Shown here: piece by piece, positions 37,147 to 38,202 of the stretch
Position numbering within the stretch: position 1 is the first letter of the stretch
Layout: each line of letters opens with the position of its first letter
Assembly (NCBI GenBank): GCA_033762295.1
Contig: JANRLW010000023.1
Location: forward strand, 1 to 38,202
Direction of reading: 5' to 3'
Origin: Capsulimonadales bacterium
Lineage (GTDB): Bacteria > Armatimonadota > Armatimonadia > Armatimonadales > Armatimonadaceae
DNA length: 38,202 bases
Notes under the pieces: generated by a model
What the model saw: the letters and a program-made list of their open reading frames with translations, nothing else
Told to the model about the DNA's origin: nothing
The model's database searches: none
Position numbers and translations under genes: made by a program

Positions 37147-38202
37147 ATGATGATTCAACGGAAGCTGCGGAGGCGCACCGATCGCGCGTCCCGAATTTTC
37201 ACCGTTTTTCCCGCGATGATGATTCTCACCCTTTCCGCGTCGTGCCTGCTGGCAACGACGTCCGCCCGGGCGCAGTCCACCGATCCCGCCGTGGTCGGTA
37301 AGTGGAGCGAAGTGCAGGATTGGCCGGTTCGCGCCATTCATATGAATCTTCTGCCGACCGGAAAGGTCATGTTCTGGACCCGCCACCCGGAAGGGTTCCC
37401 GCCCTATCTCTGGGACCCCGATACCAGTGCGCTGGCCGGCGCGCTGCCGACAGCCGGCTGGCAGGAGTTCTGCGCCTCGCATGTTCTGCTCGCCGACGGA
37501 CAGATGCTGCTGACCGGCGGCCACCTGACGGCGGACGGTCATGGCGCGCCGCATGCCGCTCTGTATAACTCCTTCACCAACACCTGGACGCGCCAGCCCG
37601 ATATGAATAACGGACGCTGGTATCCCTCCAGCGTTCTCCTCGGAAACGGCGATGTGGTCGTTCTGTCGGGCAGCTATAACACCAGCTACGCCAACAACAT
37701 GATGCCGCAGGTCTTCAGCAACGGCGTCTGGCGCAACCTGACGGGGGCGCAGCGGTTCCAGGAACTGTATCCCTATCTCCACCTCGCTCCGAACGGGAAA
37801 GTCTTCTTATCGGGTCCGGTCCAGTCCACGTACTACCTCGATACGGCCGGCAACGGTTCGTGGATCTATGTCGGCGAACGAAAATTCCCGAACCGCGATT
37901 ACGGATGCTCGGTGATGTACGGAGATGGCAAGGTGTTCTTTGCCGGTGGCGGCGACCCGCCGACCGAAACCGCCGAGGTCATCGACCTGAATGCCCCCGT
38001 TCCCACCTGGCGGTACGTCGGCTCCCTGTCGAAGCAGCGTCGACAGATCAACGCCACCCTGCTGCCGGACGGAAAGATCCTGGTTACGGGCGGTGTCAGC
38101 GGACCGGGCTGGAACGACATGACGACCCCGGTGCTTTCCTCCGAGGTCTGGGACCCGGTCACCGAGAAGTTCACGACCTGGGCCAGCATGGCGGTCGGAC
38201 GC
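37147..38202 (+). CDS. Secreted galactose/glyoxal oxidase-like copper radical oxidase (AA5-like Kelch propeller), 3' end outside the window
   Basis: Absent from the ORF track. Frame opens at ATG 37132/37147: signal peptide ...TSARA|Q, GKWSEVQDWPVRAIHMNLLPTGKV, EFCASHVLLADG (cofactor Cys, TGC 37471), MNNGRWYPS (cofactor Tyr, TAT 37621), LYPYLHL, TLLPDGKILVTGG. Confidence 0.88.
   Translation, partial: MMIQRKLRRRTDRASRIFTVFPAMMILTLSASCLLATTSARAQSTDPAVVGKWSEVQDWPVRAIHMNLLPTGKVMFWTRHPEGFPPYLWDPDTSALAGALPTAGWQEFCASHVLLADGQMLLTGGHLTADGHGAPHAALYNSFTNTWTRQPDMNNGRWYPSSVLLGNGDVVVLSGSYNTSYANNMMPQVFSNGVWRNLTGAQRFQELYPYLHLAPNGKVFLSGPVQSTYYLDTAGNGSWIYVGERKFPNRDYGCSVMYGDGKVFFAGGGDPPTETAEVIDLNAPVPTWRYVGSLSKQRRQINATLLPDGKILVTGGVSGPGWNDMTTPVLSSEVWDPVTEKFTTWASMAVGR

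Noticed and set aside
36778..37782. 334-aa minus-strand ORF, and 37899-38189
   Set aside because: Antisense to the copper radical oxidase frame, which carries the diagnostic motifs.
1..38202. CRISPR array, tRNA/rRNA, transposase, integrase or prophage
   Set aside because: No regularly spaced repeats, structural RNA signatures or mobile-element proteins were recognised by eye; a covariance-model search was not run.
1..38202. Genome-wide UGA reassignment (Trp or Gly) as the explanation of the TGA at 36573
   Set aside because: TGA is the ordinary stop of several genes here (e.g. ending at 7274, 15882, 30261, 31618, 32204, 32908), and the long genes contain no in-frame TGA.

Overview
GC-rich bacterial chromosomal segment. 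The gene content (DUF1559/H-X9-DG prepilin-like proteins, a SARP-NB-ARC-TPR regulator, large secreted glycosidase-like proteins) suggests Armatimonadota or a similar lineage; this is inference. About 25 CDS are present: secreted carbohydrate-active enzymes (GH20-like with a CBM insert, a 1706-aa GH2-like protein, a GH55/pectate-lyase-3-like protein), two prepilin-like genes, an RTX Ca-binding protein, a peroxiredoxin-DsbA pair, a PAL-like NHL propeller, a redoxin-cytochrome c-copper monooxygenase fusion, a hybrid histidine kinase, and a GT4-membrane protein-ABC (FtsX-like) operon. No rRNA, tRNA, CRISPR array or transposase was seen. The main result is at the right end. A gene that the ORF track truncates (36447-37076) has a signal peptide and an HMA-like metal-binding motif MNC-PYGLAG-[TGA]-W, with an in-frame UGA where a second Cys is expected and a small hairpin just downstream. 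It is a candidate exported selenoprotein (putative Cu chaperone) and lies directly upstream of a secreted galactose-oxidase-like copper radical oxidase that is absent from the ORF track. A near-identical 21-bp motif lies upstream of this gene pair and of the RTX gene.
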